A stretch of DNA of 64,000 bases from NCBI GenBank assembly GCA_030390025.1, contig CM059432.1, forward strand, positions 7,254,001 to 7,318,000, written 5' to 3'. The stretch comes from Squalus acanthias. Lineage: Eukaryota. This document shows positions 26,419 through 39,959 of this stretch, piece after piece. A program made the position numbers and the translations under genes. Numbering within the stretch: the first letter of the stretch is position 1; every line of letters begins with the position of its first letter. The notes under the pieces are model-generated. The model did not search any database, was not told the origin of the DNA, and saw only the letters and a list, made by a program, of their open reading frames with translations.

Positions 26419-27870
26419 ATGGGGAACCAAGGGTCTAGAGAGAATGAGAAACTTAAAGAAATCAGTACAAGTAAAGACATAATGCTGGTGAAATTAATGG
26501 GACTAAGTGGCGACAAATCCCCTGGACCCGACGACCAGCATCCCAGGGTTTTAAAAGAGGTAGCTGCAGAGATAGTGGATTCACTGGTATTAATCTTCCA
26601 GAATTCCCTAGATTCTAGAACAGTCCCCAAGGATTGGAAGGTAGCAAACATAACCCCGCTATTTAAGAAAGGAGGAAGAGAAAAAACGGGGAACTATTGG
26701 CCAGTTAGCCTGACATCAGTAGTAGGCAAAATGCTAGAATCTATTATTAGGGACGTGGTAACAGGACACTTAGAAAATCATAATATGATTAGGCAGAGTC
26801 AACATGGGTTTATGAAAGGGAAATCGTGTTTGACAAATCTGTTAGAGCGTTTTGAAGATGTAACTAGTAGGATGGATAAGGGGGAACCAGTGGATGTCGT
26901 GTATTTGGATTTTCAAAAAGCATTCGATAAGGTGCCACACAAGAGGTTATTACACAAAATTAGGACTCATGGGATTGGGGGTAATATATTAGCATGGATT
27001 GAGGATTGGTTAATGGACAGAAAACTGAAAGTAGGAATAAACGGGACTTTTTTGGGTTGGCAGGCTGTAACTAGCGGGGTACCGCAAGGATCAGTGCTTG
27101 GGCCTCAGCTATTCACAATCTATATTAATGACTCGGATGAAGGGACTAAGTGTAACGTATCCAAGTTTGCTGCTGATACAAAGTTAGATGGGAAAGTAAG
27201 CTTGCAGAGAGACATAGACAGGTTGACTGAGTGGGCAAGAACATGGCAAATGGAATACAATGTAGGGAAGAGTGAAGTTATCCACTTTAGTAGGAAAAAA
27301 AAAAGCAGAATATTTTTTGAATGGTGAGAGACTGCGAAATATTTGCATACAGAGGGACCTGGGTGTCTTTGTACATGAAACGCAGAAAGTTAACATGCAG
27401 GTACAGCAAGCAATTAGGATAGCAAATGGCATGTTAGCTTTTGTTACAAAGGGATTAGAGTATAAGAGTAAAGAAGTCTTACTACAATTATACAGGGCAT
27501 TGGCAAGGCCACACCTGGAGTACTGTGTACAGTTCTGGTCTCCTTACCTAAGGAAAGACATACTTGCCATAGAGGGAGTGCAACGAAGGTTCACCAGACT
27601 GGTTCCTGGGATGGGGGTATTGCCCTATGAGGAGAGATTGAGTGGACTAGGCCTATATTCTCTAGAGTTTAGAAGAATGAGAGGTGATCTCATTGAAACA
27701 TAAAATTCTTACAGGGCTTGACAGGGTAGATGCAGGGAGGATGTTTCCCCTGGCTGGGGAGTCTAGAACCAGGAATCACAGTCTCAGAATAAGGGGTCGG
27801 CCATTTAGGACTGAGATGAGGAGAAATTTCTTTACTCAAAGGGTTGTGAATCTTTGGAATTCTCTACCCT
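26419..27870 (+). pseudogene. CR1 ORF2 reverse transcriptase, frameshifted
   Basis: ORFs 26419-27327, 27272-27703 and 27684-27872; catalytic FADD altered to FAAD. Confidence 0.9.
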
Positions 27871-29009
27871 AGAGAGCTGTGGATGCTCAGTCGTTGAGTA
27901 TATTCAAGACAGAGGTCGATAAATTTTTGGGAATTAAGGGATATGGGGATAGTTGAGGTAGAAGATCAGCCATGATCTTGTTGAATGGTGGAGCAGGCTC
28001 AAAGGGCTGAATAGTCTACTCATGCTCCTATATTTCTTATGTTCTTAATGCTGACATTGTTCTTTATCTCTTGTTTATGTTCTAATGGAGGGTCGATAAC
28101 CAGAGGACACAGATTTAAGGCAATTGGCAAAAGAACCAGAGGGGAGATGAGGAGAATATTTTTTTACGCAGCGAGTTGTGATCCGGAATGCGCTGCCTGA
28201 AAGGGCGCTGGAAGCAGATTCAATAGTAACTTTCAAAAGGGAATTGGAATAAATACTTGAAAAGAGAAATTTGCAGGGCTATGGGGAAAGAGCAGGGGGA
28301 GAGTGGGACTAATTGGATAGCTCTTTCAAAGAGCCGGCACAGGCACGATGGGCCGAATGGGCTCCTTCTGTGCTGTATGACTCTAGTCTATGAAAGTGTT
28401 ATCAATAGCAACCTGTCTGCACGGCAACATCAAAAATGGCAGCTGACTGCGAGTCTGACACTTATTTAGGTGTCACCTTTTTAAAAAAATTTGTGAATAG
28501 AGTAAAATAGAGTTTAAGTACTGTCATTTTTAGGTGAGAGAATCTGTGTGAAGGTTACATTAATGAAACACTTGGGAGCCTGACCTTCAACATTGCCAAT
28601 CAATAATAATTCAGTAGAACTGAGATTACACTCGTGAGACATCTGCGGAGGAGTCGAATTAAAGTTATCCACTAGATGGGGCTGTAGGTAATCATACGGC
28701 AGAATGCAGAGAACGTGACAGGTTTTTTTTAAAGGATCACTAAAATTTTCAACATAAATGCTCAGACCCTTTTTTGAGTCCCTTGAACTCAATGTAACTG
28801 AAAATCGTGCGGCTCCTATACTGAGCAGCCAATCCAAAAATGCCACTCTTTACACCCGGGTGTCAATCTATTCAACAAACAGATTTAAGTGCCTTAATTC
28901 TAGTGAAGACCATCTCTGCAGTTCCTTACATCGAAGTAAATTTGACAGCACACCTACCCAGTATTACTGCGGCCGTAGCATTATCTTCCGCAGTGAAAAT
29001 TGATGCGCT

Positions 29010-29500
29010 ATCTAGCTCAGTTCATCCAAAGCTCTGCTGCCCGTATCCTAACTCGCACCAAGTCCCGTTCACCCATCACCCCCTGTGCTCGCTGATGCTA
29101 CATTGGCTCCCGCTCCAGCAACGCCTCGAGTTTAAAATTCTCATTCTTATGTTCAAATCCTTCCGTGATCTCGCCCCTCCCTATCTTTGTAACCTCCGCC
29201 AGCCTCCGAGATCTCTGCGCTCCTCCAAGTCTGGCCTCTTGCGCAACCCCTGATTTCCTCCGCTCCACCATTGGCGGCCATGCCTTCAGCTGCCTGGGCC
29301 CTAAGCTCTGGAATTCCTCCCTAAACCTCTCGCCTCTCCACCTCTCTCGCCTCCTTTAAGACGCTCCTTAAAACCTACCTCTTTGACCAAGCTTTTGGTC
29401 ACCTGTCCTAATATCTCCTTAAATGGCTCGGTGTCAAATTATGTCTGATAATCGCTCCTGTGAAGCACCTTGGAACAACTTACTATGTGAAAGACGCTAT
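29010..29500 (+). mobile_element. L2 3' fragment
   Basis: LHWLPLQQRLEFKIL...GGHAFSCLGPKLWNS. Confidence 0.85.
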
Positions 29501-29900
29501 AACATTCACTCCCTCCACCACCAGCGCACCGTGGCTGCAGTGTGTACCATCTACAAGATGCACTGCAGCAACTCACCAAGGCTTCTTCGGCAGCACCTCC
29601 CAAACCCGCGACCTCTTCCACCTAGAAGGACAAGGGCAGCAGGCGCATGGGAACACCACCACCTCCAAGTTCCCCTCCAAGTCACACGTCATCCTGACTT
29701 GGAAATATATCGCCGATCCTTCATCGTCGCTGGGTCAAAATCCTGGAACTCCCTCCCTAACAGCACTGTGGGAGAAATCTTCACCACACGGACTGCAGCG
29801 GTTCAAGAAGGCGGCTCACCACCACCTTCTCAAGGGCAATTAGGGATGGGCAATAAATGCTGGCTTTGCCAGCGATGCCCACATCCCAGAACGAATAAAA
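29500..29900 (+). mobile_element. Crack-like LINE 3' fragment inserted in the L2 tail
   Basis: The L2 tail ggcgctat...ataaatacaagttgtt is split by this copy. Confidence 0.82.
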
Positions 29901-30158
29901 AAATATATAAATACAAGTTGTTCTTGCAGCTCATCAACCACAGTTTTATCCTAAGACCAAACCCAGACGGTAAATACATCAAAGGACCAAGGTGCTATTT
30001 AACTGTGTTCTGTCTTCTGACGTAACTGGAAAAAGCTTTATCAACAACAGTTACAATTATCCATTACCTCCTTTACTGAAGCCTCTTTAGTAGTCCTAAT
30101 ACTAGCTTAAGTTATCCTAGGCTGTTTTTAAATACTTTTCCCTAGTCTCTTGACAATT

Positions 30159-31183
30159 TGAAGAGATCGCAAAGTCTCTGTTTGAAGAATGGACTCAGTC
30201 GAGAATATTTTGTGGACTTTATGGGATTTTTCTGAGGGTATTTTCCCTGTGATGGGATCACCCTGTGCAGATATGTGAAAAACTGGTTTGTTAAAACTCC
30301 AGAGAATGCATGGCAGTTGGCTGTGACAAAAGAACTGTCAGTCATCCAGAATATGCAAAAGCACTTCTCACCTCCATCTCAGAAGAGAAGCAGAACAATG
30401 AACCCACTGGCCTAGCCAGCCGGAGAGGAGCCAGTTTTTCCCAACACAAAGATCAAAATATGTCCCAGACTTGGGGCCATTAGTCCAATCACGGAATACT
30501 CATGGGTCTGAGGATGACCCATCACTGATTAAGCACCAGAGTGCTTAGAAACAAAAGGATTTTAAAGATTGGCGGGAAAGATAGGGGTAGCGAGACTCCT
30601 ATAAAGATAACCCTTTCCCACCATTCTCTTTCTCTCTCGCTCTCGCTCCAACAAGATCGACCTAACAAGAAGTACCGGAGGAGCCGCTGAGCGGAGCGAT
30701 CGAGACCGACTGCGTGTGGGGGTAAGCATGGTCTCCAGTGTCCCAAGCCGGTAACCAGAGGGCTCAGAGTTTTGCTCAGAAGTGAAGCTTTTGGGCTATT
30801 CCGGGGTGGGAGCATTGTTTGGTTCAGCCAGGCGAAGGGGCTTATGCGACTGGGTAATTCGTTGGTAGGGGTGGAATTAGAGTCCACCATAGCAACAAGG
30901 GAATTACTGCTTGTCATAGTCCCCAGTTTTGTACTGTATGTATGTTGTTTGTAACCTGGATTATATTCTCCACAGAGACAGTGATTTCATTTAGTAGTGC
31001 ATGTTTTCGCCAGTGTATGTTAGACCAAATAAATATAAGTATGATTTTTCACCGAAGCATTCCTGTCCGTGACTTATTCCATTTACACTCTGAATAATAA
31101 TCCCCGGGTATAGAACTTTCGTAAGGCGGGGGCGATTCGAACCGTCCATCTAGCAATTGGGCTAGGATCAAAAACCGCTTACA
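30159..31183 (+). mobile_element. Probable solo LTR (~1025 bp, ERV/Gypsy type)
   Basis: TG(aag)...(ctta)CA ends, 4-bp TSD aatt, TATAAA at ~30600 followed by a pyrimidine tract, AATAAA at ~31028. Confidence 0.65.
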
Positions 31184-31287
31184 AATTGTACCTTTTATAC
31201 CTGATGATATAATCATTTATAGGTTAATATCCCCATGAATATCTCTGTTTTAGTCATTTAGGCTTCACGTTAGCATGAACCTAACAG

Positions 31288-31708
31288 ATTGGGTAGGCTG
31301 GGGTTGTTTTCTTTGGAACAGAGGAGGCTGAGGGGAGACTTAGTTGAGGTGCATAAAATTATGGAGGGCCTAGATAGAGTGGATAGGAAGGACTTATTTC
31401 CCTTAGCAGAAGGGTCAATAACCAGGGGGCAGAGATTTAAAGTAACTGGTAGAAGGATTAGAGGGGAGTTGAGGAGAACTTTTTTGACCCAGAGGGTGGT
31501 GGGGGTCTGGAACTCACTGCCTAAAAGGGTGGTAGAGGCAGAAACCCTCATCACATTTAAAAAGTACTTGGATAGGCACTTGAACCTACAGGGCTACGGA
31601 CCAAGAGCTGGAAAGTGGGATTAGGCAGGATAGCTCTTTTTCAGCCGGCACGGACAAGATGGGCCGAATGGCCTCCTGTGTCAGAAATTTCTATAATACT
31701 ATGATTCT
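31288..31708 (+). mobile_element. CR1 3' fragment
   Basis: ORF 31289-31624. Confidence 0.88.
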
Positions 31709-32089
31709 AACCCTTCATTCTATCCTTGGGATGTACCTAATAGCATGCCTCAAAGTATCTTTCTCAGATTTTCCTTTATAAGTGAAAGTTTAGCTCTCCT
31801 GCAATCAGGCACTGACATTAAATTATCTGCAGCAATAATTTGTCTCACCAAATCTAAATCTAATGATGCAATGATCGCTATTGCCCAGATGGAGATCGAA
31901 CAACTTCTTAGGATCTATGCTAAGGACTAAATATAATGAACTTCCCTGTCTAGTGTGCTCCCTAACATATTGAGTATGGAAGCTATCACTGAGAGTGCCA
32001 ACAACAACTTGCATTTAAATAGCGCCTTTAATGTAGTAAAACGTCCCAAGACACTTCCCTGGAGCGTTATCAGACATAATTTGATGCTT

Positions 32090-33337
32090 GTAAATCCTCC
32101 TTGGTTAGATCACACTTGGAGTACTGCGTACAATTCTGGTCGCCATATTGGCCCAGAAATTCGGCCGAATGCGAGAGAGTACGCACTGTGTACTCACCCG
32201 TATTCGGTCCCGAAGTGCCGGTTTCCTGCATGCACTGCGCATGCGCGGGAAACAGGCACTTCCGATATTGCGAAGGGGGCGGTTCCTAAGTGAACCGTGT
32301 GCACACTACAGGCTGTGCGCACGCAGCACACTTAGGTTTTTTTTCAGGTTTGAACGCGAGGGTAAGTATTGAAGATTTTACACATGAAAAAAGGAGGCGT
32401 AAGACCCCTTTTAACAAGGTAAATAGTTAATTAAGTATTATTTTAAATTTTTTTCAACAGGTTTATCTTTTTTAGAGACTTTAAAGAAAGGTAAGTTTAT
32501 TTTTATAACTTTTAAAAAGAATTTAAATTTTTTCAAAAATTTAAATTTTTGTTTAAAGTGGTTAATTTATTTAACTATAGTTATTTTATTAATGTGATGG
32601 TTTTTAAAAAAAATGTAATTGAGGTTTAGCTGTTCTTTTGGGATAAGTTGTATTCATAGTTTTGACAGCTCTTCCTGTCAAAACTATGAATGAAAGATGG
32701 TGTGCTGCCATTGGCTCTAACTGGCCCACGTGATCCCAGAGGTCGCATCGAACTAACTGCGCCTCTGGGACACGCACACACTGTGCGCCGGCACCAGGGA
32801 GAGGCCCAGGAGCAGAAGTTCGTGTGGGCCCGAACCATAAAGGCAGGCGCGGTAGGTAAGATCGCGCACGATCCCTTACCCCCGCGGCAACCATCGAAGT
32901 CTAATTTCTGGGCCATTATAAAAAGGATATAGAGGCACAGGAGAGGGTGCAGAGAAGATTTACAAGGATGATATCAGAAATGCGAGGTTATACCTATCCG
33001 GATTGGATGAACAGGCTGGGTCTCTTTTCTCTTGAAAAAAGAAGGCTGAGGGGTGACCTAATAGAGGTCTTTAAAATTATGAGAGGTTTTGATAGAGTGG
33101 ATACAGAGAGAATGTTTCCACTTGTGGGGAAGAGCATAACTAGAGGCCATCAATATAAGATAGTCACCAAGAAATCAAATAGAGGATTCAGAAGAAACTT
33201 CTTTATCCAGAGAGTGGTGAGAATGTGGAACTCGCTACCACAGGGAATGGTTGAAGCAAATAGTATAGATGCTTTTAAAGGGAGGCTAGACAAGTATATG
33301 AGGGAAAAGGGAATAGAGGGTTACGCTGATAGAGTTA
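32090..33337 (+). mobile_element. CR1 3' fragment interrupted by MITE
   Basis: HLEYCVQFWSPY, then the MITE, then QRRFTRMI...RRNFFIQRVV. Confidence 0.85.
32150..32914 (+). mobile_element. MITE family A copy 2, TSD att
   Basis: TIR ggcccagaaatt/aatttctgggcc; 765 bp. Confidence 0.9.
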
Positions 33338-33872
33338 CATAGAAACATAGAAGATAGGAGCAGGAGTAGGCCATTCGGCCCCTCGAGCCTGTTCCGCCAT
33401 TTAATGAGATCATGGCTGATCATCCAAATTCAGTACCCTGTCCCTGCTTTCTCCCCATATCCCTTGATCCCTTTAGCCTTAAGAAATATATCTAACTCCT
33501 TCTTGAATATATTTAATGAATTGGCCTCAACTGCCTTCTGTGGTAGAGAATTCCACAGGTTCACCACTCTCTGGGTGAAGAAATTCCTCCTCATCTCAGT
33601 CCTAAATGGCTTACCCCTTATCCTTCGACTGTGACCCCTGGTCTGGACTCCCCCGCCATCGGGAACATCCTTCCTGCATCTAGTCTGTCTAGTCCTGTTA
33701 GAATTTTATAAGCTTCAATGAGATCCCCTCTCATTCTTCTAAACTCTAGCGAATATAAGCCTAATCGACCCAATCTCTCCTCATACGTCATTCCTGCCAT
33801 CCCAGGTATCAGTCTGGTGAATCTTCGCTGCACTCTCTCCATGGCAAGAACATCCTTCCTCAGATAAGGACA
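33338..33872 (-). mobile_element. CR1 3' fragment
   Basis: Same subfamily as 44368-45905; catagaaa tail. Confidence 0.88.
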
Positions 33873-33984
33873 TTCTTCCTCAGATAAGGGAAGGATTGGA
33901 GGAGCCTCAAGTGGAGCATAAACACCAGCATGGACTGGTTGGGCCGAATGGCCTGTTTCTGTGCCGTATATTCTATGTAATTCT

Positions 33985-35022
33985 ATATAATTCATAATTT
34001 TGAACACCTCTATAAAATCCCCCCTTAACCTTCTCTGCTCTAAGGAGAACAAGCCCAGTTTCTCTAGTCTCTCCACACAACTGAAATCTTTCATCCCTGG
34101 TACTATTCCAGTAAATCTCCTCTGCACCCTCTCCAAGGCCTTGACATCCTTCCTAAAGTGTGGTGCCCAGAATTGGCCACAATACTCCAGCTGAGGCATA
34201 ACCAGTGTTTTATAAAAGTCTAGCATTGCTTCCTTGCTTCTGTACTCTATGCCTCTATTTATGAAGCCAAGGATTCCATCAGCCTTTTTAACAACCTTAT
34301 CAACTTGACCTGCTACCTTCAAAGACGTGTGTATGTACACCCCCAGGTCTCTCTGTTCTCTGCCCCCCCTTTAACTTTGTACCCTTTAGTTTATGTTGCC
34401 TCTCTTCATTCTTCCTACCAAAATGAATCACTTCACACTTTTCTGCGTAAAATTTAATCTGCCGTGTCTCTGCCCATTTCACCAGTCTGTCTATGTCCTC
34501 CTGAAGTCTGTTACTCTCCTCCTCACTGTTTACTACATTTCTGAGTTTTGTGTCATCTGCAAACTTTGAAATTATGCTCTGTATACCAAAGTCCAGGTCA
34601 TTCATTTATTTCAAAAAGAGCAGTGGTTCCAACATCTGCCCCTGGGGGACACCACTGCACACTTCCCTCTCGTCTGAAAAACAACCGTTCGCTGCAGCTC
34701 TCTGCATTCTGTCCTTCAGCCAATTATGTTTCCACGCAGCCACTGTCCCTTTAATCCCATGGGCTTCAATTTTGCGAACAAGTCTATTACGTGGTACTTT
34801 ATCAAACGTCTTTTGACAGTCACACCTCTGGTGGGGAAACTTTTAGAGACAATAATCTGGGACAAAATTAATTGGTATTTAGAAAAGTATGGGCTAATAA
34901 ATGAAAGTCAGCACAGATTCGTTAAAGGCAAATTGTGTTTGACTAACTTGATCGAGTTTTTTGATGAAGTAACGGAGAGGGTTGATGAGGGTAGTATTGT
35001 TGATGTTGTGTATTTGGACTTT
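33985..35022 (-). mobile_element. CR1 RT fragment with inverted 5' segment (34818-35022 on +)
   Basis: Minus part contains SKFADDTKL; plus part VGKLLE...DVVYLDF. Confidence 0.8.
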
Positions 35023-35024
35023 CA

Positions 35025-35163
35025 TTATCCCTTTGTCATTTAATTACTCCTGCCCTCCATCCTATCGAGATCTTCTCCTTTGATCTTTCCTCCCCTCCCC
35101 GCTTTTCCCTGGCTCTGCACTTGCTTAAAGTTGGTTCATCTCTAACATCTTCCAGTTCTGATG
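35025..35163 (+). mobile_element. Penelope-like tail fragment, cut after CTGATGA by a CR1 tail
   Basis: Similar to 8720-8842; ends ccagttctgatga|cataagaac. Confidence 0.65.
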
Positions 35164-37423
35164 ACATAAGAACATAAGAAATAGAAGCAGGAGGAGGCCT
35201 TTTGGCCCCTCGAGCCTGCTCCGCCATTCAATAAGATCATGGCTGATCTTCTACCTCACCAGTGGTGGAGGGAGTGAATGTTTAAGGTGGTGGATGGGGT
35301 GCCAATCAAGCGGGCTGCTTTGTCCTGGATGGTGTCGAGCTTCTTGAGCGTTTCTTCTTTGTTTCGCCGAGTGATCAGCAAACTGATGGGTCCGATGGCA
35401 ACTCTGGCAAGTGGATGTGAGGAACAGGTAGTAGATTTGCTGAGCTTAAAAATAAATGTGTTGTTTTAAAAAAAATGATTTTGAAAAGGAATAATAGAAA
35501 TAGCAATGGATTCTTCAAATGTGTAGCTGCTCTTAGTTCCCCAACATATTTTATTTTGCAGAAACTCAAAAAATATGAGAAAGTGACACTGAAAACACAG
35601 GCAGACTTTCTGTCCTGTCGGATTTCCTGCCGATGTCGCTCTGAAATCCCAGGCTGCTCCCTCTGAGGTTGGCCACTGGGTGTCATTGACATCATGTCCT
35701 ATTCCATCTATCTGGTGCAATAGAGCTGCTGGAGATGGAGCCAGTTCTAGGGCGGCCTTGATGTGAGCGATACGGAGATTGCAAATCAATGTAGAGCATG
35801 AAAAATGACACTAATAATAGGAAGTAAAGTGGAATCATATCATATCCTAGAATCATAGAAATTTACGGCACAGAAGGAGGCCATTCGGCCCATCGTGTCT
35901 GTGCCGGCCGAAAAAGAGCTATCCGGCCTAATCCCACTTTCCAGCTCTTGGTCCGTAGCCCTGCAGGTTATGGCACTTCAAGTGCATATCCAAGTACTTT
36001 TTAAATACCACCCTTTCAGGCAGTGAGTTCCAGACCCTCCACCACCCTTCTGGGTGAAAAAAGTTCTCCTCAACTCCCCTCTAATCCTTCTACCAATTAT
36101 TTTAAATCTATACCCCTTGGTTATTGACCCTTCTGCTATGGGAAAAAGGTCCTTCCTATCCACGCTATAGAAGGGACCACTTGGGTGACTACATGTTTCC
36201 CAAAAGAATGGAAAAAATGGTCATTTAGAATCTGGTACTGACACTCGAGTTGGAGTGGCTGTGGAGAATATTAATTATTATATTCAGTATTATCTTGCCA
36301 ATGGGGGGAGCAGCACTTGTTTAATCTGGAGAAAGCACTGGTAATTGTGCTAAAGGTGAGTTAAACTACTTTAAGTTTATTGCAAGCAGTTTTATGTATG
36401 ATCAGATCTGAGCACAGGGATTTAAATGTTGTCCATCTTCAAATCTTCCCATCGGAAGTTTAAAGTTTTACTATCATGACTGCAATAATTCAATTCATTC
36501 TTCAGAGTTTGATGCAACAGTGAAGAGTTGATAACAGAAGTGACTGATTAAAAACAATTTAGTTTCTTGGTGAGGTGTACATTATTTTACCAAGACTTGA
36601 TTATTTACATTATCTTAAGAAGAATGCGTTAGAAATGAAACAAGTGGAGAAGGAATGTTCCTTTGTGAAGAGATTACAACAAGGACCACTGGCTTACAGT
36701 GATCAAATAAATCAAATTCTGTTTTTTCATTGCATGGAATTCCGACATTTCCAAGATAGGGAAAAAAAAAACAATGCTTTGCTTATAATATATAAAGCGA
36801 CTGCTATCCTCGTTGTTTTATAGAATCATACTTCACCGAAGGAGGCCATTCAGCCCATCGTGCCTGTGCCGGCTCTTTGAAAGAGCTCTCCAATTAGTCC
36901 CACTCCCCCCTGCTCTTTCCCCAAAGCCCTGTAATTGTTTTCCTTTTCAAGTCTTTATCCAATTCTCTACTGAATCTGCTTCCACCATCTTTTCAGGCAG
37001 TGCATTCCAGATCAGAACAACTTGCTGCGTTGAAAAAAAAATTCTCCTCATCTCCCCCTCTGGTTCTTTTGCCAATTATCTTAAATCTGTGTCCCCTGGT
37101 TGGCCGACCCGCCTGCCACTGGGAACAGTTTCTCCTCATTTACTCTATGGTGACTTTAATATGTCAAATTCTGTTTCTAGGATTGTTACCAGTATCTGTT
37201 TACCAATTGTTTCACTGATCGATAGATCGTTGGACCAGCTAGTGTCCGATTGCATTCCAGTACATATTGAATAGATGTTTCTCCGCAGGGCAGACGTGGG
37301 TGGGAGAGGCTTTCCAGTAATTGCTAATGCAGGGCAAAGCTAAGTCAACCACACGTGTGAGAGGGTGTGAATGAGAATGTTTAATAGGAAAAAGCCATTG
37401 GACCAGCAAGCCTGTTCCCTTTC

Positions 37424-37740
37424 CGTCTTTCGGATGAGACGTTAAACCGAGGCCCTTTCTGTCCTCTCAGGTGGACGTAAAAGATCCAACGGCACTATTT
37501 CAAAGAAGAGCACAGGAGCTCTCTTGGCCAATATTTATCCCTCAATCAACATCACTAAAACAGATTGTCTGCTCATTATCACATTACTGTTTGTGGGAGC
37601 TTGCTGTGCACAAATTGGCTGCCGAGTTTCCTACATTACAACAGTGACTACACTTCAAAAGTACTTCATTGGCTGTAAAGCGCTTTGTGACATCCTGAGG
37701 TTGTGAAAGGCGCCATATAAATGCAAGTCTTTCTTTCTTT
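37424..37740 (+). mobile_element. 5'-truncated Deu-type SINE
   Basis: Similar to the other copies. Confidence 0.8.
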
Positions 37741-38646
37741 CGTTCAGATTACCAGCATCTGCTTTATTTTTGTTGCTTTGTTTAGGCAGTTGTTGGTGTT
37801 TGAATTGTATGGCTTGGTTCCTTCCTTCAGAGTCAGTGGCACAAAATGTTATTTGCAACATTTGTATCAATTTAAGCTGAGGGAAATTTCAAGCCGAAAA
37901 GTCTTGCTCTTTTCCTCAGCCGAGGATTCCCCTCCACCGTGACTGACAGGGTTGACCGTGTCCGCCCCATTCTCACATTTCTGCTCTCGCCCCTTCCCCT
38001 CCCTCCCAGAACCATGATTGGGTTCCCCTCATCCCCACCTTTCACCCCACCAGCCTCCACATTCAACGGATCATCCTCCGCCATTTCTGCCACCTCCAGC
38101 GTGATCCCACCACCAAACAAATCTTCCCCTCCCCTTTCAGCATTCCGAAGGGACCGCTCCCTCCGCGACACCCTGGTCCACTCCTCCATCACCCCCAACA
38201 TCCCTCAACTTCCCATGGCACCTTCCCTTGAAAGTGCAGGAGAAGCAACACATGCCCTTTCACCTCCTCCCTTCCCATTGTCCTGGTCCCCAAACACTCC
38301 TTCCTGTTGAAACAGCGATTTACTTGTACTTCATTCAACTTAGTCTGCTGTATTCGCTGCTCACGATGCGGTCGGCCTCCTCTACATCGAGGAGACCATA
38401 CACAGATTGGGTGTTCGCTTTGTTGAACACCTCCGTTCAGTTCGCAAGCGTGACCCCGAGCTTTCGCTCACTTGTCACTTTAATTCTCCGCTCCACTCCC
38501 ACTCTGACCTCTCTGTCCTCGGCCTCTTACACTGCTCCAATGAAACTCAGTGCAAGCTCAAGGAACAGCATCTCATCTTTCTACTAGGCACTTTCGAGCT
38601 TTCAGGTCTTAACATTGAGTTGAACAACTTTAGACCTTAACCACCG
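37650..38646. repeat. Left arm of inner inverted duplication (partner 42138-~43325)
   Basis: SINE tail, spacer and Penelope fragment; junctions and disabling lesions are shared with the partner. Confidence 0.93.
37905..38646 (+). mobile_element. Penelope-like element GIY-YIG endonuclease region, decayed
   Basis: AFRRDRSLRDTLVHS; FTCTSFNLVCCIRCSRC; RFVEHLRSV...CHFNS...EQHLIFLLGT...GLNIE. Confidence 0.88.
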
Positions 38647-39109
38647 TTGGATAACGTTCTGCCAGACTCCCCCCATCGAACTTGTTATTTGAACATTTGC
38701 CGCAGCGCCTTTGTCCATTTCATTCACAATCCCGCAAAGTTTCCGCTCTTCTAAAGGGCCGATGTCTCTTCCAGGGGGAATATTTCCCCAGCAAGTGGTT
38801 CGGCCATTTCAGGCTTTGAGCCTAGTGGATGTGTCGAGCCTCATGTACAGGAACAGCAGGAGGAGAATTTTGGTTTTAGTCATTTCAATGTATTTATTTT
38901 CTGATAGGTGCGCAAATGAGGAAAACAGGAGTTCTGAGAAATGGGAAGCAGTTTTTCAAATGTTTCGGTGCAAAATGATTGATTAGCTACGTACAATAGG
39001 AAAGATACATATAGAGGAATTGGATATATACTTTAAAAAGGAAACGTTTGCAGGGCTACGGGGAAAGGGCAGGGGACTGGGACTAATTCAGAGATTGGGC
39101 ACAGGCACG

Positions 39110-39570
39110 ATGGGGAATTTTAACTATGAGGAAAGATTGGAGAGGCTGCGGTTGTTTTCTTTGGAACAGAGGAGTCTGAGGGGAGATTTAATTGAGGTGT
39201 ATAAAATTATAAGGGGCCTAGATAGAGTGGATAGGAAGGACCTATTTCCCGTAGCAGAGAGGTCAATAAACAGGGGGCAGAGATTTAAAGTAATTGGTCG
39301 GAGGTTTAGAGGGGATTTGAGGGGAAATGTTTTCACCCCGAGGGTGGTGGGGGGTCTGGAACTCACTGCCTGAAAGGGTGGTAGAGGCAGAAACCCTCAT
39401 CGCATTTAAACAGTACTTGGATATTCACTTGAAGTGCCGTAACCTACAGGGCTACGGACCAAGAGCTGGAAAGTGGGATTAGGCTGGATAGCTCTTTGTC
39501 GGCCGGCGCGGACACGATGGGCCGAATGGTCTCCTTCTGTGCTGTAAATTTCTATGATTCTATGATGGGC
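39110..39570 (+). mobile_element. CR1 3' fragment
   Basis: ORF 39020-39373. Confidence 0.85.
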
Positions 39571-39959
39571 CGAATGGGCTCCTTCCGTGCTGTATGGTTC
39601 TATGAATACGATGTAGCCTAGTCCTTCAGTTTAGTTTACCCAGTAGCGCTCCTGTGCCTGCGTCAAGAGGTTGAGCTCAGAATTAGATGGAGTCCTGTAT
39701 TATTGGAGGTGCTGTCCATCTGGTGAGATATTAAACTGAGGCCGGTCTTCCTGTTTTGGTGGTTCAGATGAGTGCCAAAGATCCCGTGGCGCTATTTGAG
39801 GAAGAGCAGGGAGATTTTCCAAGTGTTCTCACAATATTCATCCTTCATCCACTGCCACAAAAAAACAGATTAACTGGCCAATCATCTTTTGCTGTTTATG
39901 CTGGAGTCTGGCTGGAGTCATACCTAGCACAATGGAAGATGGTTGTGATGGTTGAAGGT

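Larger units (their letters stand above)
21200..28045 (+). mobile_element. Near full-length decayed CR1 LINE (ORF1 plus ORF2) with nested insertions
   Basis: ORF1 Cys-rich/coiled-coil region and SGNH esterase (VVGDSIVR, VVVHVGTND); ORF2 APE endonuclease (ITETW, GVVYRPP) and RT (LDFQKAFDKVPH, GVPQGSVLGP); ttcttatg tail. Confidence 0.92.

Noticed and set aside
36575..36823. 82-aa ORF in unique sequence
   Set aside because: No recognisable homology or clear splice donor; cannot be supported
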